Shown here one piece after another: positions 1 to 7,212 of a stretch of 19,155 nucleotides of DNA. The translations under genes were made by a program, and so were the position numbers. Positions within the stretch are counted from its first letter, which is position 1. Each line of letters begins with the position of its first letter. The stretch is from an uncultured Nitrososphaerota archaeon (lineage in GTDB: Archaea; Thermoproteota; EX4484-205; JAAOZO01): positions 1-19,155 of the forward strand of contig CAYOYV010000019.1 of NCBI GenBank assembly GCA_964408285.1. Direction: 5' to 3'. Under the pieces are notes generated by a model. That model did no database searches. It had not been told where the DNA came from and saw only the letters and a list, made by a program, of their open reading frames with translations.

Positions 1-249
1 TTTTTTGGCATGGTGGCTTCAGCGGCCAACAGCTTGACCCTTGAACAAGTTCCGAAATTCCGTGGAACAACAATGTGCTTAGACACGGCAGCCTTGAACG
101 TGGGATCTGCTTTTGGCACTGCAATCGGAGGGTCAATGCTTCTTTCATTTGGTTACGAGGGCTTAGGAAGTGTTCTTGGAGGGATAGGTATCGTCGCAGC
201 TCTTGTATTCTACCTTTTTGCGACAGATCCTGCAAGCAGTGCGACTTAG
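1..249 (+). CDS. MFS transporter, C-terminal part (5' end outside window)
   Basis: Open frame from base 1. SLTLEQVPKFRGTTMCLDTAALNVGSAFGTAIGG followed by two hydrophobic helices fits MFS TM10-12 with the 'P..RG' loop. Confidence 0.85.
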   Translation, partial: FFGMVASAANSLTLEQVPKFRGTTMCLDTAALNVGSAFGTAIGGSMLLSFGYEGLGSVLGGIGIVAALVFYLFATDPASSAT

Positions 250-336
250 CTGGATGCTGATTCAGCTGCGCCCAAGAACATGAAAAGAGAAGTAGGGAAG
301 ATGTCTCTGCTGATTATGGCGCACGACCTCGGCCAT

Positions 337-344
337 CGCGCGTG
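337..344. repeat. Intergenic alternating CG tract CGCGCGTG
   Basis: Seen directly; one copy of the dispersed junction motif. Confidence 0.7.
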
Positions 345-550
345 AAGTACTTCGTCTGTCTGACCTACTACTTATGCAGTTCATCGAGTTCGTTGAGGAA
401 ACTCTGATCCCACTCAAAACGCTACCGCCAGCGCTGCGTCGGGGAGGTCTAAAGCTCTTCATCGAAAAATACTCAACTCCAACGGATCTCGCTTCATCGG
501 ACATGACCCACATGATCAAGTGCATGAGAAGCCTTGAACCCGATCCGTGA
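341..550 (+). pseudogene. Possible degraded internal fragment of an HhH-GPD base-excision glycosylase (MutY/Mig/Nth-like)
   Basis: Frame from 341 reads ...FVEETLIPLKT...LFIEKYSTPTDLASSDMTHMIKCMRSLEP*. This resembles 'E.LLQKT...F..KYPT..DLA.AD...I..LG' of HhH-GPD enzymes. Recognised by eye only. Confidence 0.3.
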
Positions 551-640
551 GAGCTGGAGCACTCAAAGAGCTCAGATAAATCTCGCGGTTACTTTCATTT
601 TTATATAACCAGTTGTATATATTTTCTGGTGTGAAGGAGC

Positions 641-1933
641 GTGGGGATAACAGAGATCAGAATTACGAGAGAGGTATGTGAAAAGGCTCCGGGTCCGTCA
701 AAATGTGTAAGCCGGAACCAGAGCTATGTTGGTGAAGGTCTCAGGAGGGTCGATACTCGAACCGTCACGAGCGAATCCGATTATGCGAACGAAATATACG
801 TTCGATATTCGGAAGACAATGGGAAGACTTGGACGGCTTGGCAGGATGTTTACAGAGAGGCCTACAGAACACGTGGTGACATGGAACTGCTGTGGTCGAA
901 ACCTGAAAGTGGAGTCTACAACCGTTTGCACGGCCACTACGTTGCGCTGAACATGCAGAGGCTGTTTCTAGAGAACCATCATGAAAGCTACAAGAAATTC
1001 TGGGGGGAAGGGAAGAAAACTTTCACCGATCATTGCTTTCTCTGGGTGTCGAAGGATCTGAAAGATTGGAAATGGCAGCAAGTGAAATACGAGGATGGAA
1101 CAGATTTCAGCGAAGACGACTGGGGGCGTGAAGGCTATGTCAACATCAACGAAGCATATTCGGGATGTAATCTGGAAGTGCTGGAGAATGGAGACATCAT
1201 ATTCCCCGTCGGGGCAAACGTCATGAGTTGCTGCAGAATCCTCGGCATAGATGTAAACGATGTGTTCCCGTCCTGTCCGCAGATAATGAACGGACTCATT
1301 GTTTCCAGGGGTAGATGGAATGAGGCGGAGGAGAAGTATTATCTCGCCCCGTCGAAGCCCGCTGTGATCTCTGATCTGAAATCATCGAGAGGTATTGATG
1401 AACCCACAATAATGCCATTGAAGAGCGGCAGGATCATCGTGGTATTCAGGGGCTCCAATGTCATGTCCAAGGGCTGGAATACGAGGATACAGAAGGGGAC
1501 CCCTGCCCACAAGTGGTACACATTCTCCGACGATGGGGGCAAAACATTTACGGAGCCAGTGCCGTGGCACTATGACAACGGAGAGGTCTTCTACTCGCCG
1601 GCATCCATTTCACAATTCCTGAGAAGCACGAAGAACGCCAAGGTCTACTGGTTCGGAAACATCACGGGGCCTGAAGCCTATGGCAACAGCCCCAGGTATC
1701 CCCTCGTGATGGCGGAGGTAGATGAGCAAACAGGCTTTCTGAAAAGGGAGACCTACACCGTGATAGATAACCGTGATCCAAAAAAGGAGTCCGAAGCACT
1801 TCAGCTCTCGAACTTCGGGCTACTTGAGGACAGAGAAACCAAAGACATCGAGCTCTATTTGACGAAATTAGGGGCTAACAGGGAGGATCAATGGCGTTCG
1901 GATGCATACAGATACATCATAGAGGTCAAGTGA
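641..1933 (+). CDS. Sialidase-like / BNR Asp-box beta-propeller protein
   Basis: 430 aa with Asp-boxes YSEDNGKTW and FSDDGGKTF, DEPTIMPLKSGRIIVVFRG and PRYPL. GGAG precedes the GTG start and TTATATAA lies at 601-608. Confidence 0.8.
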   Translation: MGITEIRITREVCEKAPGPSKCVSRNQSYVGEGLRRVDTRTVTSESDYANEIYVRYSEDNGKTWTAWQDVYREAYRTRGDMELLWSKPESGVYNRLHGHYVALNMQRLFLENHHESYKKFWGEGKKTFTDHCFLWVSKDLKDWKWQQVKYEDGTDFSEDDWGREGYVNINEAYSGCNLEVLENGDIIFPVGANVMSCCRILGIDVNDVFPSCPQIMNGLIVSRGRWNEAEEKYYLAPSKPAVISDLKSSRGIDEPTIMPLKSGRIIVVFRGSNVMSKGWNTRIQKGTPAHKWYTFSDDGGKTFTEPVPWHYDNGEVFYSPASISQFLRSTKNAKVYWFGNITGPEAYGNSPRYPLVMAEVDEQTGFLKRETYTVIDNRDPKKESEALQLSNFGLLEDRETKDIELYLTKLGANREDQWRSDAYRYIIEVK

Positions 1934-1960
1934 AATGTAGATGAGCAGAATGGCCATCGT

Positions 1961-1970
1961 CACGCGCGCG
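1961..1970. repeat. Intergenic alternating CG tract CACGCGCGCG
   Basis: Seen directly between the sialidase-like stop and the next promoter. Confidence 0.8.
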
Positions 1971-2027
1971 AGCGCCTTCGTGCTATGAAAAGTCTTAAGA
2001 ATAATGATGGCAGATATTATGAGGAAA

Positions 2028-2291
2028 ATGGGCTTGAGTGAGTCTGTTGCCGATTTCCTGCAGTCGCTTCTTCGAATATTCGCCATGATTGTGCGTTTTG
2101 GTGGGACCCTGAGTGTAGCTCTGATAGTGCTTGCCCTTGGCTGGATCTCCAACGAAATAACCACGCGTGCATTTGGAAGCACCGTCTTTGAATTCTTCGG
2201 CTCTTGGATGTGGGTGTTCGCCTTGCTCCTGCTTGTTCTATCGCTCCTTATCATTTATGCTGTGAAACGGATTGGTGGCCTTGAAGAATGA
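2028..2291 (+). CDS. Small hypothetical membrane protein (2 TM); ORF is open from 2004
   Basis: Two hydrophobic stretches. Start placed at 2028 because the BRE/TATA-like GAAAAGTCTTAAG at 1987-1999 is too close to ATG 2004. Confidence 0.6.
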   Translation: MGLSESVADFLQSLLRIFAMIVRFGGTLSVALIVLALGWISNEITTRAFGSTVFEFFGSWMWVFALLLLVLSLLIIYAVKRIGGLEE

Positions 2292-2480
2292 AGGGACACT
2301 TTGTCTGAAAAATATCTGATCGGACCTATCACGTACGGTTGCTCAAAGCTCACACTTGCCACTGGATCGGCATCAGATCCCATCTTCTTCTTACTTGGCC
2401 CAGATCCTTCACCGAATATCGATGAGGCTAAGGAATGCCTCTTGGACCTGTTTGGGTGGAGATAATCTTTCTGATAATCT

Positions 2481-2492
2481 TTCGCGCGCGAA
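2481..2492. repeat. Palindromic CG tract TTCGCGCGCGAA
   Basis: Perfect 12-bp palindrome just upstream of the oxidoreductase promoter. Confidence 0.8.
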
Positions 2493-2539
2493 GAGTTAGT
2501 AGAAAAACTTATTGACCTAGTTGTGGAGGTTCGGCAAAT

Positions 2540-3541
2540 ATGACTCAGAGAGTATTTAGGTGCGGCATAGTCGGATATGGCCCAGCCTTCAATATGGGAA
2601 AGTATCATGGAGAGGTGATAAGCAAGACTGCTGGCCTTGAGCTGGCCGCAGTGTGCGACAAGGACGAGAGCAGGCTCGAAGCTGCCAGGAAGGATTTTCC
2701 AACGGTCAAGATCTTCAGCAATATTGAGTCTATGCTTGAGAACGGACATATAGACCTGGTCGTCATCGTCACTCCTCACAACACACACGCGGAGCTAGCC
2801 CTGAAAGCGTTGAGAGCTGGGAAGCATGTCATAGTGGAGAAGCCCATGTGCATAACTGTTAACGACGCAAACGCGATGATAGATGCGGCCAGAGAGAAAC
2901 AGCTCATGCTAACCGTCTTCCATTGCAGAAGGCTGGACGGAGATTTCTTGGCAATAAAGAGGATTATTGAAGGCGGGGTGGTAGGTAGGGTTTTCCACGT
3001 AGAAGCCTTCGGAGGTAGTTATGAGAATCCGGGGAAATGGTGGCGATCAGACAAAACGATCTCTGGAGGAGCGATGTACGACTGGGGGGCCCACTTCACG
3101 GACTGGATCCTGAACATAGTTCCAGAGAGAGTTGTCGGTGTCAACGGGTATTTCCACAAGCTGGTATGGAACGACGTTACGAATGAGGATCAAGTTGAGG
3201 CGACCATAATATTCGAATCAGGCGCAGTAGCAGATCTCCAGCTATCGAACATAGCCATTGTGGGTAAGCCGAAGTGGAGAATTCTGGGCTCCAAAGGAGG
3301 CATTGCTGTTGATCAAGGCGGGAGGCTAATCCTCTATGTGTATTCTCAAGGCTATAGGTTTGAGACAAATGTTCCGTATAAGGGAAGCGATTGGAGTCCA
3401 TATTACACGAACATAGTTGAGCACCTCTTGCTGGGCAAGGAGCTTTTGGTGAAGCCTGAGGAGGCAAGAAGAGTGATAGCAATAATGGAGGCAGCGGAGA
3501 GATCATCCAAGTCCGGGACTACGGAGCGAGTATTCCTCTAG
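2540..3541 (+). CDS. Gfo/Idh/MocA family NAD(P)-dependent oxidoreductase
   Basis: GIVGYG Rossmann motif, TPHNTH, AGKHVIVEKP, GGAMYDWGAH. GGAGGT SD at 2525-2530. Confidence 0.95.
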   Translation: MTQRVFRCGIVGYGPAFNMGKYHGEVISKTAGLELAAVCDKDESRLEAARKDFPTVKIFSNIESMLENGHIDLVVIVTPHNTHAELALKALRAGKHVIVEKPMCITVNDANAMIDAAREKQLMLTVFHCRRLDGDFLAIKRIIEGGVVGRVFHVEAFGGSYENPGKWWRSDKTISGGAMYDWGAHFTDWILNIVPERVVGVNGYFHKLVWNDVTNEDQVEATIIFESGAVADLQLSNIAIVGKPKWRILGSKGGIAVDQGGRLILYVYSQGYRFETNVPYKGSDWSPYYTNIVEHLLLGKELLVKPEEARRVIAIMEAAERSSKSGTTERVFL

Positions 3542-3561
3542 GGGATTCCATTCTGGTCGCT

Positions 3562-3621
3562 CGCGCTGAATCACTCGCATGCGCTCCCGAGATAGGCTCG
3601 TGCGCGTTGCGCGTTCCGCGG
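3562..3621. repeat. Cluster of degenerate CG tracts (CGCGC, CGCATGCGC, CGTGCGCGT, TGCGCGT, CCGCGG)
   Basis: Five tracts within 60 bp downstream of the oxidoreductase stop. Confidence 0.65.
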
Positions 3622-3686
3622 CCATCTCTAGTACAGTGAAGAGAGCAGATACTTTGGGGAGAGATGTCTCTTTGCATGAAACAGAA

Positions 3687-3697
3687 ACGCGCGTGCA
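3687..3697. repeat. CG tract ACGCGCGTGCA
   Basis: Directly upstream of TTTATA at 3700-3705. Confidence 0.8.
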
Positions 3698-3699
3698 GA

Positions 3700-3706
3700 T
3701 TTATAG
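3700..3706 (+). promoter_or_regulatory. Archaeal TATA box (TTTATAG) for the 3732 gene
   Basis: About 26-32 nt upstream of the ATG, typical of a leaderless or short-leader archaeal transcript. Confidence 0.6.
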
Positions 3707-3731
3707 CCTGTCACATTAAGACTTATAGGGA

Positions 3732-4127
3732 ATGAGCGATCCAATCACCGATGTAATCCAAACGATCATCTTGTGGGTAATCAACATCGTCGGATGGATA
3801 GTGGGGTTGTTTGGCCTCGGCGCTACCTTGATTTGGTGGGCCGCTGGAATGGGAGGAATTGGGGCACTTGTGTACTACATCCTTATCAAGCCAATATGGT
3901 TGAAGGCGAGAGGGCCTGGAAGGACTGAAAAGGAGATGAAGGATTTATCTCAGAAGATGAGTGAGATTGAGGCAGAAATTAGCGCTGATGATCAAGCATA
4001 TCGAACATACGGGACGAGGCGTCTTACTGAAGAATACAGGAAGGAGCGACAAAAGGAGTTGTCGGAATTGAGGAAGGAGTACTGGGCTGCTGTTGAGGCG
4101 AAAGAGAAGGAGGAGAAGAAGCGCTAA
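3732..4127 (+). CDS. Hypothetical membrane protein with C-terminal charged coiled-coil
   Basis: Hydrophobic N-terminal half, E/K/R-rich helical C-terminus, own TATA box. Confidence 0.7.
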   Translation: MSDPITDVIQTIILWVINIVGWIVGLFGLGATLIWWAAGMGGIGALVYYILIKPIWLKARGPGRTEKEMKDLSQKMSEIEAEISADDQAYRTYGTRRLTEEYRKERQKELSELRKEYWAAVEAKEKEEKKR

Positions 4128-4205
4128 GCATCCCCGCGAAGGACTGCCTTTGATATGTTCACACTTCTGTACAGTTAGCTGAGCTGATCTGAAATGAGAT
4201 TACAA

Positions 4206-4631
4206 TCAACAAACCTCTACCTTCTCCCTAAGAATCATCTCGACCAATTCATCTTCTGTCACAAGCTTGTCCTTGATCCGCCAGGCCGGGACACGATCGC
4301 CTTGATCTCGAAGGGGAATGGCTGTCTCTGATTTGCCCAGACGAACGTAGTAATGAGTAGCGTCTTGGTCGTGTATGTCGGGCCATTTCAGATTCAGGGA
4401 CCGGTGCTGTTGTCCTGCCCTTTTCACCAGTTCAGGAACTTCAACCGAGCGTTTCCTTTCCTTGTTCATCTCCTCAATTCCAGCAGCAATCAGCGCTCCG
4501 CCAATGACAATCGCCACGAACATCAAAGTGGAGGATGCTTGAGGGTTGATCGACGATATTCCTAACCATATCAATCCGATTGCCAGTGTGGCAATTCCAA
4601 CAGCGATGATTTTCTGGTAATCTTTCATCAT
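4206..4631 (-). CDS. Hypothetical membrane protein (2 N-terminal TM plus soluble domain)
   Basis: 141 aa with two clear TM helices. Minus-strand TTTTATA at 4678-4672. Confidence 0.7.
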   Translation of the reverse strand: MMKDYQKIIAVGIATLAIGLIWLGISSINPQASSTLMFVAIVIGGALIAAGIEEMNKERKRSVEVPELVKRAGQQHRSLNLKWPDIHDQDATHYYVRLGKSETAIPLRDQGDRVPAWRIKDKLVTEDELVEMILREKVEVC

Positions 4632-4634
4632 TCC

Positions 4635-4667
4635 CCCACGCGTGCTTTCATAACCGGCCCACGCGTG
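4635..4667. repeat. Direct repeat CCCACGCGTG x2 (4635-4644, 4658-4667)
   Basis: Two identical 10-mers with a palindromic CACGCGTG core, 23 bp period. Confidence 0.8.
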
Positions 4668-4722
4668 TTTGTATAAAAGGTTGCAACATATCTAGAGACC
4701 GGGACGTCCATCGACATCGTAG

Positions 4723-4731
4723 GCGCGCGTA
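4723..4731. repeat. CG tract GCGCGCGTA
   Basis: About 20 bp downstream of the stop of the 4752-5138 gene. Confidence 0.75.
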
Positions 4732-4751
4732 AGACAAAATGGGCGATGAGT

Positions 4752-5138
4752 CTATGCACGATAATAGAACACTGTGAAAGCTACAGCAAAGGCAGCCATG
4801 ATGAAGACGTCCGTCCAATACACGGCCGGAAAACCACCGAAGATCACCCCATACGCTGCTGCAAAGGTGCCAATTATGCTCCAGACGACCTGCATCTGAA
4901 GCACGATCTTTATCCTGTCCCATGACGTCTCCTTGTAAGCTAACCAAGAACTCACCGAAAGGCCAATCTGCGTTGCGCCCAGCATCCGGGCAATACTCAT
5001 CGCCCAATCCATAACGGGTAAGCCTGTCAACCTCGCGTACATGTCTGGGATCAGGAGAAGGACAAGTCCGAAGACGCCGGCAACAATGACGTGAACAAGA
5101 AATGTAGTCCCCAGTCCACTTGGGATCTTCCTCTCCAT
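4752..5138 (-). CDS. Hypothetical 4-TM membrane protein (MERKIPSG...)
   Basis: Four hydrophobic helices. Start set at ATG 5138 because minus-strand CTTATA lies at 5168-5163; the ORF track extends it to 5198. Confidence 0.8.
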   Translation of the reverse strand: MERKIPSGLGTTFLVHVIVAGVFGLVLLLIPDMYARLTGLPVMDWAMSIARMLGATQIGLSVSSWLAYKETSWDRIKIVLQMQVVWSIIGTFAAAYGVIFGGFPAVYWTDVFIMAAFAVAFTVFYYRA

Positions 5139-5180
5139 CTCGTTCGACCTAGGCCGTGAGTGTATAAGCGTTATGAAACC

Positions 5181-5188
5181 CGCGCGTG
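5181..5188. repeat. CG tract CGCGCGTG
   Basis: Lies between two divergent promoters. Confidence 0.75.
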
Positions 5189-5246
5189 AGGGAGGCAACC
5201 TCGGAAATGCTCATTAACCGAAACAGGACTGCAGGTATCAGTAGCC

Positions 5247-6080
5247 TTGCCAATTCACTCGCAATCTATTGGAGTAAAAGCGCCGAAGTCCGTGAAGACG
5301 TATGCTGATGTGCAGATTCTGACCGCAAAGAAGGCCCAAATACGCAATGGCGACCGAGTTCTGGACTGCGGGACTGGTCCAGCGGCGTCTCTTGCGCTAA
5401 GACTTGCTAAGCTGGTGGGGGAGAAGGGCAAGGTGGTAGCGATAGATTGCGAAAGGGAGTATATACCCAAGATAAAGGACGCGATAGCCAAAAGCAGTCT
5501 CTCCAATAGGGTTTCATTCTTGGTCGCCGACCTCAGGTATACCCCAATAAGGGATTCCTCGATGGATGCTTCTTTGTCGCTTGACACGGTGCAGAACATG
5601 CATGGCAACGGGGGCAATCCTGAGGATACAGTCAAAGCATATATCAAGGAGTCAGCGAGAGCAATCAAATCGGGAGGAAAGCTCGTCGTCGGCACTAGAT
5701 TTCCTGTCCCAAGGAACGTAGCTCAAAGAGCCTACATGGAATACCGTCTGTTCTCCCGGAAGCTTGAGTATGCGCTCTGGAAAGAAATCTCCAGATACTA
5801 CTTTGAACATGAACTCATCTCTTGGTTCAACGAAGCTCGTTTGCGCGACACTGAAGTTGATATCATTGAACACAAGATTCTTTTCCCAAGGGATTTCCTT
5901 AGCAGGCGAAGAGAACGCGTCGGGCCCAGTCTAGACAAGGTTGCGGCTCGTTCGACAAGGGAAGAGTTGAGAAAGGAATTCCATAAGCTGCTGAAGACAA
6001 CGGAGAAGTATGGAGAAGAATGGTTGCCAACGCTCCTGATATCTGCCACAAAAACAGGCCGAAGCGCGCGCGTTAAATAA
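5247..6080 (+). CDS. Class I SAM-dependent methyltransferase (UbiE/Methyltransf_31-like)
   Basis: VLDCGTG motif I, GKVVAID, ADLRYTP..DSSMD, IKSGGKLVV. Confidence 0.9.
   Translation: MPIHSQSIGVKAPKSVKTYADVQILTAKKAQIRNGDRVLDCGTGPAASLALRLAKLVGEKGKVVAIDCEREYIPKIKDAIAKSSLSNRVSFLVADLRYTPIRDSSMDASLSLDTVQNMHGNGGNPEDTVKAYIKESARAIKSGGKLVVGTRFPVPRNVAQRAYMEYRLFSRKLEYALWKEISRYYFEHELISWFNEARLRDTEVDIIEHKILFPRDFLSRRRERVGPSLDKVAARSTREELRKEFHKLLKTTEKYGEEWLPTLLISATKTGRSARVK
6064..6073. repeat. CG tract GCGCGCGCGT
   Basis: Within the last six codons of the methyltransferase ORF. Confidence 0.8.
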
Positions 6081-6165
6081 TGTGCTGATATTGTCCACAG
6101 GGATTCTTGGATATGCCGGTCATCTTCTGGCCGATTCCATCAGTCGGGTTGGAATGCCAGACTGA
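6073..6165 (+). pseudogene. 3' remnant of a membrane-bound metal-dependent hydrolase (YdjM-like)
   Basis: Frame reads LNNVLILSTGILGYAGHLLADSISRVGMPD*, matching the family motif GYxSHLLxDxxTxxGxP. No N-terminal part is present. Confidence 0.5.
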
Positions 6166-6175
6166 CGCGTGCGCG
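6165..6175. repeat. CG tract ACGCGTGCGCG
   Basis: Overlaps the TGA of the remnant and precedes the next promoter. Confidence 0.8.
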
Positions 6176-6182
6176 GGCTCCA

Positions 6183-6194
6183 GAAAAAGTTATA
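6183..6194 (+). promoter_or_regulatory. BRE-TATA (GAAAAAGTTATA)
   Basis: Purine-rich BRE plus TTATA about 28-32 nt before ATG 6222. Confidence 0.65.
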
Positions 6195-6221
6195 GCACGC
6201 TTGGCCGGTAGAACCGGGAGA

Positions 6222-6458
6222 ATGATGGGCGAGAAGACGACAAAGGTTATTATGCACTTGCTTCCTGCAATGATTACGAGCTTCTCAGGGGCAGGAATGA
6301 TCTTAGCGGGTGTCCTGGCACAGATTGTGATTCTTCAAATATTCGGTGCCCTTGTTTTGACATTCGCTTCTTATGTTGCGTATAAATCGGGGTGGGACTC
6401 TTGCTCCGCGTATTTTGTCAGGCGACTGAAAGAAGAGGGCATAATGGAGGTCAAGTAG
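6222..6458 (+). CDS. Small hypothetical membrane protein (2 TM)
   Basis: Two hydrophobic helices and a basic/acidic tail. Start at ATG 6222 fits promoter spacing and the upstream GGAG. Confidence 0.65.
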   Translation: MMGEKTTKVIMHLLPAMITSFSGAGMILAGVLAQIVILQIFGALVLTFASYVAYKSGWDSCSAYFVRRLKEEGIMEVK

Positions 6459-6543
6459 AGCGCACCCTTCGGCCTCTGGAAATGAAGAGTTCGCCAGAAA
6501 TGGTTCAATAATTCCGGCTTATATATCAGGAGTTTGACCCAGT

Positions 6544-6554
6544 CACACGCGCGC
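6544..6554. repeat. CG tract CACACGCGCGC
   Basis: Lies between the TATA box (TTATATAT 6519-6526) and ATG 6563. Confidence 0.8.
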
Positions 6555-6562
6555 TTTATCCT

Positions 6563-7012
6563 ATGATTTCTGTAGAAGAAAGACATAAGAGCCAGAGAGC
6601 AGTTCTGTTTCCAAGGTTGTGGGCCGCTGTAAAAGGCTTGATCTTGCGACCTCTTGAGTTCAAGACATCCGTAGCGATTGTCTTTGCTGTCCTTGCAGCA
6701 TTATTGTCAGTGCTTTTTGTCTATCTGGAGATCCACGATTGGATGATGGTGGCATTTTTCTTCAGTCTTACGCTTGAGCTCTTCATTGGGGCGGCCTTAG
6801 AGGAATTCAAGGTCAAGCACTGGAGCCTTTCGTATCTAGCGATTCTCTCAATAACCCTGTCTTTTCTATCCTTCCTTCTGGTTCAAGTGAGTATGCTCAG
6901 CCTCTATCCGTTGGCTGTAATCGGGTGGATGGTATTCGCCCTCCCGCCCCTAGCAAACATCTCATATAATCTCTTGATGATAAGCAAAGTACAGCAGCCG
7001 AGGAACCTGTAG
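6563..7012 (+). CDS. Hypothetical multi-pass membrane protein (4 TM)
   Basis: 149 aa, highly hydrophobic, with an upstream TATA box. Confidence 0.7.
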   Translation: MISVEERHKSQRAVLFPRLWAAVKGLILRPLEFKTSVAIVFAVLAALLSVLFVYLEIHDWMMVAFFFSLTLELFIGAALEEFKVKHWSLSYLAILSITLSFLSFLLVQVSMLSLYPLAVIGWMVFALPPLANISYNLLMISKVQQPRNL

Positions 7013-7024
7013 GAACGACCACCG

Positions 7025-7135
7025 ATGGCGCGAGGTCAGAATGCTGCAGAAGAAAGAGTGCTGATTGAGAAGTTTGGGAAGAAGCATGCGGAATACCCCA
7101 AGAAAGCTAGTTGGAAGCTAGTGCCATACTTGTGA
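7025..7135 (+). pseudogene. 3' remnant of an isoprenylcysteine carboxyl methyltransferase (ICMT/PEMT) family gene
   Basis: Reads MARGQNAAEERVLIEKFGKKHAEYPKKASWKLVPYL*, matching the C-terminal signature EExxLxxxFGxxYxxYxxxxxxLIP. All upstream TM segments are absent. Confidence 0.65.
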
Positions 7136-7156
7136 TAAGAGGATAATTGAAAAGGC

Positions 7157-7164
7157 CACGCGCA
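7157..7164. repeat. CG tract CACGCGCA
   Basis: Between the ICMT remnant and the PHP gene promoter. Confidence 0.65.
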
Positions 7165-7212
7165 ATTCGATGTTGTTTAAGCTTTTAAGAGATGCTGGGC
7201 TCTCAAGCGGGT

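Noticed and set aside
262-525. 87-aa minus-strand ORF
   Set aside because: Ser/Arg-rich, no recognisable domain or promoter; probably a shadow ORF.
2255-2788. 177-aa minus-strand ORF and a roughly 54-codon plus-strand frame at 2301-2465
   Set aside because: The long ORF is antisense to the oxidoreductase. The short frame has no recognisable homology, so it is not called, though it could be another remnant.
3687-3706. CG tract as a eukaryote-like GC-rich BRE
   Set aside because: It fits here, but elsewhere the tract lies 10-50 nt upstream of the TATA box, downstream of it, or at stop codons. Ordinary purine-rich BREs are present at 2502 and 6183.
4648-5007. 119-aa minus-strand ORF
   Set aside because: Alternative frame of the 4752-5138 membrane gene with implausible composition.
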